DNA of 64,000 nucleotides from Octopus sinensis (GCF_006345805.1 NC_043008.1:50716001-50780000); one strand, 5' to 3'. Numbered from the stretch's first letter, positions 47,366 to 58,859 are shown. A program made the numbers and translations. Notes: generated from the sequence alone by a model not told the origin.

Positions 47366-50300
47366 CATCGTCATTGTCATTATTGTTATTAATTGCAGAA
47401 TCAGTTGACCAACGACCCCAAATTTAAAGAAAGCGAAGAATCAGACCCAAGGAATGCTTTAGGCAATATTTCATTCCTTCCTCCTTCAATCGGGCAAGTA
47501 GCAAACACTTTTTCTTTTAATAAAAAAACGGAAACTCTCCCTCTTCCCCTCTCTGTCTGTCTGTATGTCTGTCTGTCTGTCTCTGTCTGTCTCTCTCTCT
47601 CTCTATTAATTTAGCTTTTGTATTTGGTTTGCAAGATTCTTGATGTGAACTCAGGTGTTGAAACATATTTTGTTGTACCTCGAGAGGGTCATTAGGCCAA
47701 AAATAAACACACGCATTGGTTCTATTTCACATCTTTTATTATTATTAGCTAATTGCTTAACCATCTATTTAATTAACTTATGAAATGTTTAATTAATACT
47801 TCGATCAATCAATTAATCAACTTGGTTAGTCAAAGTCTTTTCGTTGCCATTCGTGACCTCACCAATGATACACCCTCCCCACATTAGGTCTGCTTCAGTG
47901 CTGTTTTACACCGGGAGTAGAGATCGCATGTCATTGATGTTAGATTAGGGATTTCTGGAAATTTTTCATGAGCCCCGGCGCAATAGTCCTTCCGAATAGA
48001 CCGACCAGCTGGTTTTCATCGACGCCTAGAATTTTCCCGAGAACATCGTCGCTTTTGAATTTGGTTTGCAAGATTCTTTATATTCTGTTGTGTCTGGGGA
48101 GAGTAATTTTCTTTTTGTGCCTTATAATGTAACACACTCACCGGTAAAATTTCCGCTTATTTCTTATTTTTTATTTATATTTTCCTAAAATTTTCGTTGC
48201 GTCCTGCAACCTTTTCAATAGTCTTTTCAAGACTATCGAAAAGGTTACAAAACGCAACGAAAATTTTAGGACAATAAAAATAAGAAAAAATGGAAATTTT
48301 ACCGGTGAGTGTGTTACATTATAAGGCACAAAAAGAAAATGACTCTCCCCAGACACAACAGAATCGTAGCTTTTATTCGCCACTAATCGTCTATAGAATG
48401 CAATTAGGGACCTTTCAGCAAACGCATTGCCTAATTTATAGAGGACTGTGAGCGTTTGATATTTCAGAAACCAAGCGTCTTGTTTCGGTCTTTGCTTGAC
48501 CCATTACTGCATCCTTATGAAAGAGACGAGCAGTGAGAGAACGAGAGTGATAAACGGTGACCACCCCCCACTAAACCACCGTTAAGCAATCGTTGGAGAT
48601 GTCACTTAGATAACTTAGATATGTTTCGACCAAAGATTGGTCCAGGCCATGTCTAACTTAATAGCACCACCTGATAGGATTATTCGAATCCTGTTTAAGT
48701 CAAGTTTTGTTTAAGTCAAGTTTTGTTCAAGTAGTGAGTTCTTGTTGGGTGAGTTGTATCCAATTATGGGTGGCTTATCTGGTATTCTTTTAAGGAATCT
48801 ATCCAGGCTCCGTTTAAAGTTGATGGGATCCTTTTCTTCTTTGATCTCTTTCGGGACAATGTTAAATAGGGTAGGGCCTGTTGAGGAAAAGAAATTATGT
48901 TGCAGTGTACATGTATGTTGTGATCTTGAATTGGGCAGGGGACGTATGGCCCGTGATCCCAGTCTTGGATGAACCTTGAAGCTAATGTTAAGGTCGTTTG
49001 GGCAAAGTTGGCGGTATATTCTCCACATCGTACAAATGATGTACCGCTCACGGCGACGCTGGAGGGAGTAAAGTTTCAAGGCTTTAAGGCGATTCCAATA
49101 ATCGAGAGCAGCCATGCATAGAGATGTTTTTAACATCGCCGCTATTTATTGATTTCAAATTTTGTCACAAGACCAGCCATTTCGTGTAAGCCGATTACAT
49201 CGACTTCAGTGTTCAACTGGTACTTATTTTATCGACCCCCTAAAGAATAAAAGGCGAAGTCGACCTCGGCGGAAATTTGAACTCAGAACGTAAAGACGGA
49301 CGAAATACCCATTTCTTTACTACCCACAAGGGACTAAACACAGAGAGGACAAACAAGGACAGACAAACGGATTAAGTCGATTACATCGACCCCAGTGCGT
49401 AACTGGTACTTAATTTATCGACCCCGAAAGGATGAAAGGCAAAGTCGACCTCGTCGGAATTTGAACACAGAACGTAGCGGCAGACGAAAATACCAGTAAG
49501 CATCTCGCCCGGCGTGCTAACGTTTCTGCCAGCTCGCCGCTATTTACTGCAGCGGTGGTGATGCTGCTGCTGCTGATGATGGTTATTATCCATAATTTCC
49601 TTTTTGTTGCCTTTGTTGTTGCTGCTGATTCTTATTTCTTTATTGTCCACAAGAGGCTAAACACAGAAGGGACAAACAAGGACAGACAAAGGGATTAAGT
49701 CGATTACATTGGCCCCAGTACGTAACTGGTACTTAATTTATCGACCCCGAAATGATGAAAGGCAAAGTCGACCTCGGCGTAATTTGAACTCAGAACGTAA
49801 CGGCAGACGAAATACGGTTACGCATTTCGCCCGGCGTGCTAACGTCTCTGCCAGCTCGCCGCCTTTGTGTGGCAAAATTCTTCCCACACAGACATACCTG
49901 CGCCACAATAAAAGCAAAGAGAGGCAGCTGTGGGAAATACTTTTTGTAGGCGTTGATCCGACGGCCATTCGTAACCACCATTTGTGACACCATGTTTCTT
50001 TTGAAGAATTGTTAAGTTGAAAAAGAAAATAAACAAATTCCGCCTCGAAAGGTGCTGGTGGTGGAGGGGACAAAAAAAACAACAACAAAAAACAAAAGAC
50101 AACAATAGGCGCAGGAGTGGCTGTGTGGTAAGTAGCTTGCTAACCAACCACATGGTTCCGGGTTCAGTCCCACTGCGTGACATCTTGGGCAAGTGTCTTC
50201 TGCTATAGCCCCAGGCCGACCAATGCCTTGTGAGTGGATTTGGTAGACGGAAACTGAAAGAAGCCTGTCGTATATATGTATATATATATGTGTGTGTCTG

Positions 50301-51316
50301 TGTGTGTATATGTTTGTGTGTCTGTGTTTGTCCCCCTAGCATTGCTTGACAACCGATGCTGGTGTGTTTACGTCCCCGTCACTTAGCGGTTCGGCAAAAG
50401 AGACCGATAGAATAAGCACTGGGCTTACAAAGAATAAGTCCCGGGGTCGATTTACTCGACTAAAGGCGGTGCTCCAGCATGGCCGCAGTCAAAATGTATG
50501 AAACAAGTAAAAGAGTAAAAGAGTAAAGAGAATACAAAACCGAAAACTGACCGATTCTTCAGGATCCTCGTCAGTTTAGCAACAAATAATTCCAAAGACA
50601 TTTTACAATAGAACTTTTGTTTTAAAACACAGTTAACAAAACTTATGGGCGATGTTAAGGGGTGTCTTGCCAATGCAACGACAACAACAACAATAACAAT
50701 AACAGCAACAACAACAAGAACAACAATAATGCGTGTAGATAACAAGTTAAAGGTTATGTTTAGCTGGGAGTGTATAAATATTTGTACAAGAGGGAAAAAA
50801 ATTATATACAATAGTCTTAAAGGAACAGTATTCGAAATAAACATATCAGAAATAACTGATTCAAGATGGCTTTATTGTTGGGAAACTCGGATGGAATAAT
50901 ATTGTACCATTACGTACGAAATGTTATAATTATGGTATTTTGATAACACCGGCAGCAACTGCAGCAGTAAAAACAACAACAACAAAAACACAGCGATGGC
51001 GACGACGATGATAACAATAACAAATCCCCCCCAAAAAACATATATATGAAACAAAGCAAAATAAATGTCGGCCCTAATTGAAATATATTAATGGCGGATT
51101 TGTGCAGTTAAATATTTTATAGAAATAATATTTGTATTTCTTAATTTGACTTATAACAATGGAGTCGTTTCTGAGACTTAATTCTTTGTTTATTCGTTCT
51201 GTCGGATAATTTTGATTGGTTTTTGGTTGGGGAAGAAAAAAAGTTAATTCTTTGTTATTCCTCCTCCTCCCCTTTTCTTTCTTCCTTCCTTCCTTCTCCT
51301 TCCTTTCTTCCTTCCT

Positions 51317-51377
<61 letters not shown>

Positions 51378-51527
51378 TTTCTTCTTTCTTTCTTTCCTTC
51401 CTTCCTTCCTTCCTTCCTTCTTTCCTTCTTTCTTTCCTTCCTTCTTTTTTCTTTGTTTCTTTCTTTCCTTCCTTCTTTCTTTCTTTCCTTCTTTCTTTTT
51501 TTTTCTTTCTTTCTTTCCTTCTTTCCT

Positions 51528-51574
<47 letters not shown>

Positions 51575-51650
51575 ACCTTCCTTCCTTCTTTCTTTCTTTC
51601 TTTCTTTCTTCCTTTCTACCTTCCTTCCTTCCTTCCTTCCTCCCTCCCTC

Positions 51651-51685
<35 letters not shown>

Positions 51686-51794
51686 TCCTTCTTTCTTCTC
51701 CCTTCTTCCTTCCTTCCTTCCTTCCTTCCTTCCTTTCTACCTTCCTTCCTTCCTTCCTTCCTTTCTACCTTCCTTCCTCCCTTCCTTCCTCTCT

Positions 51795-51828
<34 letters not shown>

Positions 51829-52075
51829 TCTATATCGTGTCGTTGCTCTTCTGTTTCATTCCAGAGAGGAATACCTGGGCGCTGATGAAAATAACGACGG
51901 AGAAGATGAGTTAAAACCTCTGACGCGAAGCGATTTGGAACTCCAGGTCCTGAAATCCGTGAAACGACGAGAAGAGAGCAGCCAGGGCGAAGACCCGAAA
52001 TTTGAAATGATGGTGAATCGAGAAAAAAGCTTAAAATCGAACCAAAAGAAAGAATTTAAGAAAGAGAGAATTTAA
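33758..52075 (+). CDS. CCDC63: CCDC63/ODAD1 (CCDC114, ODA-DC2) family outer dynein arm docking complex subunit, 564 aa. join(33758-33915,35740-35870,36743-36924,38811-38992,40247-40434,42578-42792,44910-45078,45711-45874,47399-47493,51865-52075)
   Basis: 10 phase-consistent exons total 1695 nt from ATG to TAA. Coiled-coil protein with family motifs [55 protein letters not shown] and [12 protein letters not shown]63 versus ODAD1 orthology cannot be resolved by eye. Confidence 0.9.
34133..34367 (-). mobile_element. Young full-length SINE (family B, central domain resembling the Meta/Sauria-type domain) with 13-bp TSD
   Basis: AGATCAGACTAAT at 34120-34132 and 34368-34380. Other copies at about 24611-24840, 36181-36372, 46322-46556, 62455-62645 (-) and 52998-53205 (+). 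Confidence 0.9.
34388..34455 (+). ncRNA. Type I hammerhead ribozyme, canonical core, extended stem I
   Basis: CCACCG CUGAAGA GAUC-caauaa-GAUC GAA AUC-acgc-GAU C/ UGGUGG: all core bases are present and three stems pair. A distal helix GCAA(34391-94)/UUGC(34450-53) closes an asymmetric internal loop. Folded by eye. Confidence 0.8.
35740..35870 (+). CDS. CCDC63: CCDC63-like coding exon 2, [12 protein letters not shown]...NLSKTK
   Basis: aag acceptor, gtaaag donor; phases 2 and 1 fit the neighbouring exons. Confidence 0.8.
36743..36924 (+). CDS. CCDC63: CCDC63-like coding exon 3, ...[11 protein letters not shown]
   Basis: tacag acceptor, gtaagt donor. Confidence 0.92.
37340..37567. repeat. Foldback hairpin (about 100-bp arms) between (TA)n tracts
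   Basis: GGACAGAAAAAAGAAGGCTTTCCT / AGGAAAGCCTTCCTTTTTTCTGTC core plus outer pairing. Confidence 0.85.
38421..38593. repeat. Foldback element, copy 1
   Basis: TATATTCTGTTGTGTCTGG...ATAACACA inverted at both ends. Confidence 0.85.
38811..38992 (+). CDS. CCDC63: CCDC63-like coding exon 4, [20 protein letters not shown]...STQAYSY
   Basis: tgcag acceptor, gtaaag donor. Confidence 0.92.
39105..39685. repeat. (CA)n-based compound microsatellite with higher-order units
   Basis: Directly visible. Confidence 0.95.
39710..40119 (-). mobile_element. Full-length family A SINE
   Basis: Reverse-complement homology to 50108-50530. Confidence 0.85.
40247..40434 (+). CDS. CCDC63: CCDC63-like coding exon 5, EDAQNRM...[12 protein letters not shown]...
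   Basis: atcag acceptor, gtaaga donor. Confidence 0.93.
40640..40952 (+). mobile_element. 3' fragment of an RLE-type non-LTR retrotransposon (NeSL/R2-group-like)
   Basis: [22 protein letters not shown]...LEKLGF...GTVESCKTF, with an internal stop. Confidence 0.6.
42578..42792 (+). CDS. CCDC63: CCDC63-like coding exon 6, ...[23 protein letters not shown]...
   Basis: atag acceptor, gtttgt donor; hallmark family motif. Confidence 0.94.
42815..43200. repeat. (CCAT)n/(CCGT)n microsatellite
   Basis: Directly visible; starts about 20 nt after the donor at 42793. Confidence 0.95.
44405..44785 (-). mobile_element. tRNA-derived SINE family E
   Basis: tRNA-like head (GGCGCAATGGCCCAGTGGTTAG...GGTTTCGATTCCC) and shared tail; relatives at about 25388-25696, 25721-26058 (+) and 32375-32700, 3400-3665 (-). 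Confidence 0.75.
44910..45078 (+). CDS. CCDC63: CCDC63-like coding exon 7, IQKDIENFQ...FDQIKT
   Basis: aacag acceptor, gtaaga donor. Confidence 0.9.
45190..45555. mobile_element. Inverted pair of Penelope-like pseudo-LTR fragments, each with an HHR-like motif (45223-45260 +, 45477-45514 -), around a (TA)n
   Basis: GGTTT CTAAAGA A GAGC-GTTT-GCTC GAA ACGT T AAACC and TCTTT CTGTCGA A GAGC-GTAG-GCTC GAA ACGT A AAAGA; same family at about 57470-57630 and 60612-60760. Confidence 0.65.
45711..45874 (+). CDS. CCDC63: CCDC63-like coding exon 8, AIKSIF...[16 protein letters not shown]...
   Basis: ttcag acceptor, gtatgt donor. Confidence 0.93.
47399..47493 (+). CDS. CCDC63: CCDC63-like coding exon 9, NQLTNDPKF...ISFLPPSI(G), with GC donor
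   Basis: tgcag acceptor; GG|GCAAGT non-canonical donor gives phase 2, matching the next exon. Confidence 0.75.
48081..48364. repeat. Foldback element, copy 2: near-perfect 284-bp palindrome with a 3-nt loop
   Basis: Arms pair inward to ATAGTCTT-ttc-AAGACTAT; same termini as 38421-38593. Confidence 0.9.
48560..49140 (-). mobile_element. 5'-truncated LINE (CR1/L2/Daphne group), RT C-terminus and 3' UTR
   Basis: [20 protein letters not shown]...[14 protein letters not shown]...[16 protein letters not shown] is typical of the post-RT domain of this group. Confidence 0.8.
49160..49864 (-). mobile_element. Three tandem family B SINE copies at the truncated 5' end of the LINE
   Basis: Repeated GGGGTCGATGTAATCGAC / GCCTTTCATCCTTTCGGGGTCGATAAA blocks at about 49160-49310, 49311-49540 and 49628-49864. 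Confidence 0.85.
50108..50530 (+). mobile_element. Full-length tRNA-derived SINE (family A; CORE-like TTGGGCAAGTG domain, internal (TA)(TG) tract, (GAGTAAAA)n tail)
   Basis: A/B-box-like head; many copies in the window, e.g. about 760-1120, 6620-7335, 34949-35345 (+) and 53800-54130, 54360-54750 (-). Confidence 0.85.
51270..51830. repeat. (TTTC)n/(TTCC)n homopyrimidine tract of about 560 bp
   Basis: Directly visible. Confidence 0.96.
51865..52075 (+). CDS. CCDC63: CCDC63-like terminal exon, [24 protein letters not shown]...KKERI*
   Basis: ccag acceptor after a very long pyrimidine tract; acidic stretch followed by PLT motif; TAA at 52073-52075. Confidence 0.85.
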
Positions 52076-53727
52076 AACCAAGATCAAAGAATTCTAACCC
52101 CACCCCCACTAAAAAAATCTCCAACTGCAAAAAAACAAACAAACAAACCAACCCCCAAACCCCAACAACTCAAAGATGCTCCCCTTTCCAATTTAAGTTT
52201 GAAATTTGAAAATCTAGAAATAGATTTCTACTACTGGGACCTGGAATTTTGGGGAAGGGACCGCCAGTGCCCTGTTGGTATTTCTTTTATTGGTACTGAA
52301 AGGATAAAAAAAATAAACTTGACCTCGACGGAATTTGAACTCAGAACGTTAAGCTGGACGAAATATTTACGAAGCATTTTTCCCGGCGTGCTAACGACTC
52401 TGCCACCAGATCGCCCCCTTAAAAAATAGCTTATCCCTAAATTAAATAACTTCCGGTGTTTTGGTTTCAGATTATTATTATTATTATTATTATTATCATA
52501 TTATTATTATTATTATTATTATCATTATTATTATTATTATTATTATTATTCACTTTGAATTTCTATATTCTTTATCAGTTTTTATAAGAATTTATTTTCA
52601 AATTTTCAGTTTGTAGTTTAATTCAGTTTTGATTTCGATTCCAGTTTTGATAGATATTTATAAAAAAAAATAATGAAAATCCCTTTTTAGTATTGTTGCA
52701 GGCATGGTTGTATGGTTAAGAAGCTCGTTTTGCAATCACCTGTTTTCGGGTTCATCCCCCGCCCCGTACGGCACCTTCAGCAAGTGTTTTTTTACTATAA
52801 CCCTGAACCAACCAGTGCCTGTCTTGTGAGTAAATTTGGTAAACATAAACTCTGTGGATGTCCCCCGTATATATTTTAACTAACCTAAAGTTTGCTTAGG
52901 CCCAAAACACTGCTTGGCGCTGATATTACTATAAATTTGGGTTAGATGAGCGCTGAAGAAGGGACAACAAGCCCCGAAATATGGTATATACACTGAAAGG
53001 CGGCGAGCTGGCAGAAACGTTAGCACGCCGGGCGAAATTCTTAGCGGTATGTCGTCTGTCTTTACGTTCTGAGTTCAAATTCCACCGAGGTCGACTTTGC
53101 CTTTCATCCTTTCGGAGTCGATAAATTAAGTACCAGTTGCGTACTGGTGTTGATCTAATCGTCTTTCCCCTCCCCCAAAACTTCGGGCCTTGTGCCTAGA
53201 GTAGAAAAGGATATTCCACATCTTTGTAATGTAGTTTGTTCTTCCGCTGCAAAATGATTTTGGTATTCTCTATGCATGTCTCCATTCAACACCCACCAGT
53301 CTTCTGAATTTATAAATTAAGACAGTGTTGAACATCGCTATTACAGAGATATTCAGAAGTTCACATTCAGACACGATGAGGTGAATGACGTAAAACAAAA
53401 TGAGAGCTAGAGCTGGTTCGTTGCTCTCATTGGTTGGTGTGGGCCAAGTGGTCAGCTTTATTATCCGTTTTTCGTACTGGTAGAAATGAAATCGAAAGAA
53501 GCTGATTTATAGGGATGAATTCAATGTTTACAAATTCTTGAGGAGGCCCTTATATACTGGAGCGTTCTTTGTACGCTATCTTCGTACCTGAATAGCAAAA
53601 CAGATGTGCAATTTGTTTACTGGAGAAAATTTTCATTCCAATCCAAGATCCACAGTCATATATATTCAATATTACGAGAGCGATTTATATATGCTTATCT
53701 CTCACAGATAATAATACCTTATCAACA

Positions 53728-53772
53728 CCGCCTGATGAAACGAGTGGTTTCCGAAACAAACGTTTGTCGCGG
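53728..53772 (+). ncRNA. Hammerhead relic with damaged stem II
   Basis: CCGC CUGAUGA aacgagugguuucc GAA ACAAACGUUUGU C/ GCGG: perfect stem I and a 12-nt palindromic stem III; stem II appears to have lost 2-3 nt. Confidence 0.5.
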
Positions 53773-55289
53773 AATAGACACTGAGGTAGCGCGCTTTTAC
53801 TTGTTTCACTCCTCAGATTGGGGCCATGCCGGAGCAAAGTTTTGAAGGGTTGGTCGATCAAATCCACTCTAGTACCTATTTCAAGTCTGGTAGTTTTTCT
53901 GTCAGTTTCTATTTCTGAACCGCTAAGTTATACACCAATTAAACACCAGTTCTCGTGCCGTGGGAACACTGACACAAGCACAGACGCGTGAACATACAAT
54001 GGGTTTCCGCACAGGTTCCGTCTGCCAAATTCGCTCACATAGTATTAGTCAGCCCAGAGCTATAGTAGAAGACACTTGCTCAAGTTGCCATGCAGTGGGA
54101 CTGAACCCGAAATTACGCAGTATGCCTGCGCCTATATTCTTTATACATTATATCTTCAGAGGTTTTCACTATTTTACAGCAGTTAGGAGTACTTTATAGT
54201 AATTTTTTATTATTCGTATTGTTGTATTTCGTTCATACGAATTCACATGTGCTTTGTTGATGAGTTCCAGTAAATCTTGTCACATTAAAACACACGCTTC
54301 CATGTATTTAGTCGACAACATCTGGCGTTACTTTAAGTTTCATGGTTGCCCGATCTATATGACGGATATGCCGATTTATAATGCCTTAAAGTATTTAGTC
54401 GAACTAATCGATTCCAGTACTTATTTTTTAATCTGGTAGTGATTCTATAAGTTCCTTTTTGCCAAGCCGCTATCTTACGAGGACGTAAACAAACCAATAC
54501 TGGTTTTCGAGCGGTGGTAGGGAACAGACACAACAAAAACACAAAATATACACAGATACACATATACACACACACACACGAATTTATTTAAATACGACGG
54601 GCTTCTTTCAGTGTCCATCTATCAAATCTATTCACAAGGCTTTGGTCGACCCGAGACTATAAAAAAAAAAAGAAAACAGCTGCCTAAGGTGCCGCACTGA
54701 ACTCAAGACCACATGGTTGAAAGCAAACTTCTTACCCACACAGTCACGCCTGCGTCTGTAATTGACTAAACAAAAAAGAAGAAAAAAATTAAAACAAAAG
54801 CGATGTTTAGCAGAAATTTCAACTCGTTTTTTACGTGTCTGTTATCATGTAACCACACATAAGAACTTGACTTTTTAAGTGGGTGGATAATTTAGGAGAA
54901 GAATTCAACATTTAACTTGAATTTCAGCTTTGTTTGATGTATCGAATTTCTCGTATCGGCTGTAGATTCAGCTAATTTGCTGTACAGAATTTACTGTTAC
55001 AGAAGTATGTTTAAATGTTTTAAGTTTGTATTTCTCGACATGGAAGCTCGACAGAGAAGCGCTCCCTTCTCGTGCTGCACATGTGACCGGAAAGAGTCAG
55101 AATCTTGAATTCTTTTCTGTCCCACATTGTTGCTATTGACTAAGGCGGCCGTATTAACCAATGAAACAGAGATGTCCCAGTATCGATCGCATCGATACGG
55201 GGGTTTCTCTGCCTCTATTGTATAACCTATAAGAATCCGAGTTTATTTTACAAGTAATACATAAATAAAAGGATTCCAGCGTTTTATAT

Positions 55290-55290
55290 T

Positions 55291-55337
<47 letters not shown>

Positions 55338-56750
55338 CTCTATCACAGGTTTTGTTGGAGCTCCTGGAGTCTTGCATGCGTAGCGGGTTTACTACCTGCA
55401 GCCCACAGTACCATGCTATTCGTTCTTTTCAGCTGTCTAATACTTTCCTGATTATTCCGGCCGTCCAAAGTTGGCAATCCTTTTGTAACAGTTCTACTGG
55501 GCACAATATTCCGATTTCTTTTATATTCCTCTTGATGCCTTCTGATACTGTCCCCAAAGACCCAACAATAATTGGCCCTATCTTCATCTTCTTCATTTTC
55601 CCTCGTACTTAAGAGGATTGTATCTATCTTTTCGCCTTCCTTCTTGTCTAATTGTGGATCAAAGGGACATACAACATCAACTACATAGCATATGTGGTGC
55701 ACCTTGTCCACCACCTCTAGCATGTGATCTGTTTCAATTGGGAAATCCCAGAGGATTTTGCTAATCTCCGTATTATTATTATCCCTTTGTAACACAGTGT
55801 AGGTAAAAATGCATCGGAGTCCTTTAGTCATCTGACAAGTCACAACAAGGACCTCACACAGATAATACTTTCCTTAATAACATTGCATCGGATTTGCAGT
55901 TGCCCTAAAAAGTCTTGAGGTTTCGATGGGATTGAGTCCAACGCTCCGATCACCACTGGTATCACTTTTACATTACCCTCTCGCATTCCATACAGTGTTG
56001 CCATTTCCACTTCCAATTCGGAGTACTTGGTGATTTTTTTCAACCTCTTTACTCACAACATTCATGTCATTTGGTATGGCTACATCAATGATCTGACAGT
56101 ATTGATCTCACTTATTCAATATGACAATATCCGGCCAACGGTGTTCGATTACACGATCCGTCTGAAAATCATAGTCTCATCCCGCAGTGACTGGTATTTC
56201 CCACTCTTTTCTGTTTCCTTACATTTCACCCTCGCATCGTCCAGTATTGCAACATCTATTATCTTTGCTTCTTTTTTATCTTTATGGATGATCACAATAT
56301 CTGGCCGTCTCGCCTCTATGACTTGGTCGCATTGTATTTTGTAATGTTTGTTTTCCATTACTCTCTCTGGCTTGTGTTCATACCATTGTTTGGCTCTCTC
56401 GAGGTTTGCTTTACCGCACAACAGCCAGTGGACATATCTGGCCACATTGTCGTGTCTCCTTTTGTAATTCAGTTGTCTTATTTTTATCACCTGCTTTCAC
56501 TGCACTGCCGAATGCAGCTCCTGTGTGCCTTGGGCATGCGCTGTAGTTTGTTTTGGTGCTGTTTTCTCTATATTGAAAGTACTTTACGTAGGATGTGCGC
56601 GGTGCCTAGAAGTGCTATTTTCTGTATGTTATGTATATTCGTAAGCCCTGGTGTTTTCGTTATGTATTTGTCTGAATGTTTTTTTAATCATGCCTCATAC
56701 ACTTATTATTATAGGGATTGTTTCTAATTTTAGGCTCCTGTTGTTGTTGT
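55290..56750 (-). mobile_element. Stack of four 3' fragments of R4/Dong-like RLE non-LTR retrotransposons
   Basis: Motifs YKRRHDNVARYVHW, RRPDIVI...IIDVA, KILWDFPIETD, KVIPVVIGAL and QKIALLGTAHILRKVLSI*, with frameshifts and stops; (CAA)n tails. Confidence 0.85.
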
Positions 56751-57669
56751 TGTTATTGAATGAAGTACGTGTAGTTACCTCTCTGTGAAGATTCTGTGAT
56801 TTTTATCATGCGGAAAGGGAAGTAAGAATATAGTTCTCTTTGTATAATTTTCGACAGGAACGAGTTGCATGTCTAGCCTATGCCACGAGGGAGACATAAG
56901 GTGTGTTATTACTGGACATAATTTTATTTTTCAGTTTCCACTTACACATCAAGATCATTTGTTGGTACGGAAACACCTCCTTTTAAAAAAAATTTACGTG
57001 AATACTTACAAAAACACTACAAAAACAAACAGACAAAATGACTGAGAACAAATTTAATTTCACAATAAAACTCACGATTTGTACACGAAAAATTAATATA
57101 TCAACATTTAAATACAATATTTGGAACAATTTGAATGATACTGTTAACAACAACAAAAAATCAAAAACAATGCATTTTGCCAAGTGGTGAAATCAAGCCC
57201 ATTTAATGAAAAGTGAATGTGTGGTTTTGAGCAATACATACAGTACTTCAGCAATTCTTTCGTCAGTGTTGCTAGTCAAAGAGAAGAATTGGAAATGTGT
57301 GATCTAATAGAAAAAAGACATGTTCACCACCAAAACGACTCCCTACCCGAAGTCTTTATCCAAGAGCGAGCAAGGTAGAAGGTCTCATATATCCCTGCAT
57401 TTCTGAAAGTACAGGAGCTTCTCTTATATCCTCAAAGCAACAACTAAAAGTAATCTTTTAGCCACGACACATCCTTTATTTTCTCTCCATGTTTCTTTCT
57501 GTGTCCCTTTCTGTGGAAGAGCGTAGGCTTGAAACGTTAAAGACTTTTTCACTTCCCGAGCGTTAAACTAATACATCTGTTTGTCGTCTACACCACCTGT
57601 CTTCGTCTTTTGTTTTTTTGTGAATTCCCCGCTAAATATATACTTATATACACATAAATATATATACTC

Positions 57670-58180
57670 GCATATGCATGTGTTACATACATACATTCAT
57701 ACATACAAACATACAAAACCACATACATACATACAAACATACATACATACATACATACAACATACCTACATACAAACAATACATACATACATACATACAT
57801 AAACCTGTACATACATACATACATACATACAAACATACATACCCATACATACATACTTCATACATACAAACATAAAACATACATACATACATACAAACAT
57901 ACAAAACATACAACATACATACAACATCATACATACATACATACATACATACATACATACTTATACATATGTATGTCCTTATTCAGTTTATTTTAAGGTT
58001 TCTTGCCAATGGAGAAAGAACCGGTTTCTAAGCTAGATCCAAGGTTCCTTCATTGAAATTTCAACATCAACAACAGGGTACTTTTGTATGTATGTATGTA
58101 TGTATGTATGTATGTATGTATGTATGTATGTATGTATGTATGTATGTATGTATGTATGTATGTATGTATGTATGTATGTA
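57670..58180. repeat. (TACA)n and (TATG)n tracts in opposite orientation around a short repeat fragment
   Basis: Directly visible. Confidence 0.9.
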
Positions 58181-58387
58181 CGTATGTATACATATATATA
58201 ACCAGGGTAATACTCTCATAGCGTTATAACTCAGCTTATACTAACGCATAGAAACTATTGTAGTGTTTTGGTTAAAGTCTGTTCATTCCATTTTGTACTA
58301 TAATTTTTTTTATCTCTCACTATATATCTTTATATACATATATAGATATCCATCCATCCATCCATCCATCCATCCATCCATCCATCC

Positions 58388-58437
<50 letters not shown>

Positions 58438-58732
58438 ATACATACATACATACATACATACATACATACATACATACATACATACATACATACATACATA
58501 CATACATACATACATACATGTGTGCACGTGTGTGTTTGAGTGTGCGTGTGTGGCTGGGGCCGTGTGTGACTGGGGCCTGGTGGAAAATTAAAGAAGCAAT
58601 ATTTATTATCTATTGTTGCGCAGATAGAATGACAATGTTAACAAACACGTATCCCATGATTCCATGGTTATTTACACAAAATGACATGTATTGATTCCAC
58701 GTTTATTTACATAAATGTCCACGGAAATCAAG

Positions 58733-58802
<70 letters not shown>

Positions 58803-58810
58803 TGAGAGAG

Positions 58811-58859
<49 letters not shown>

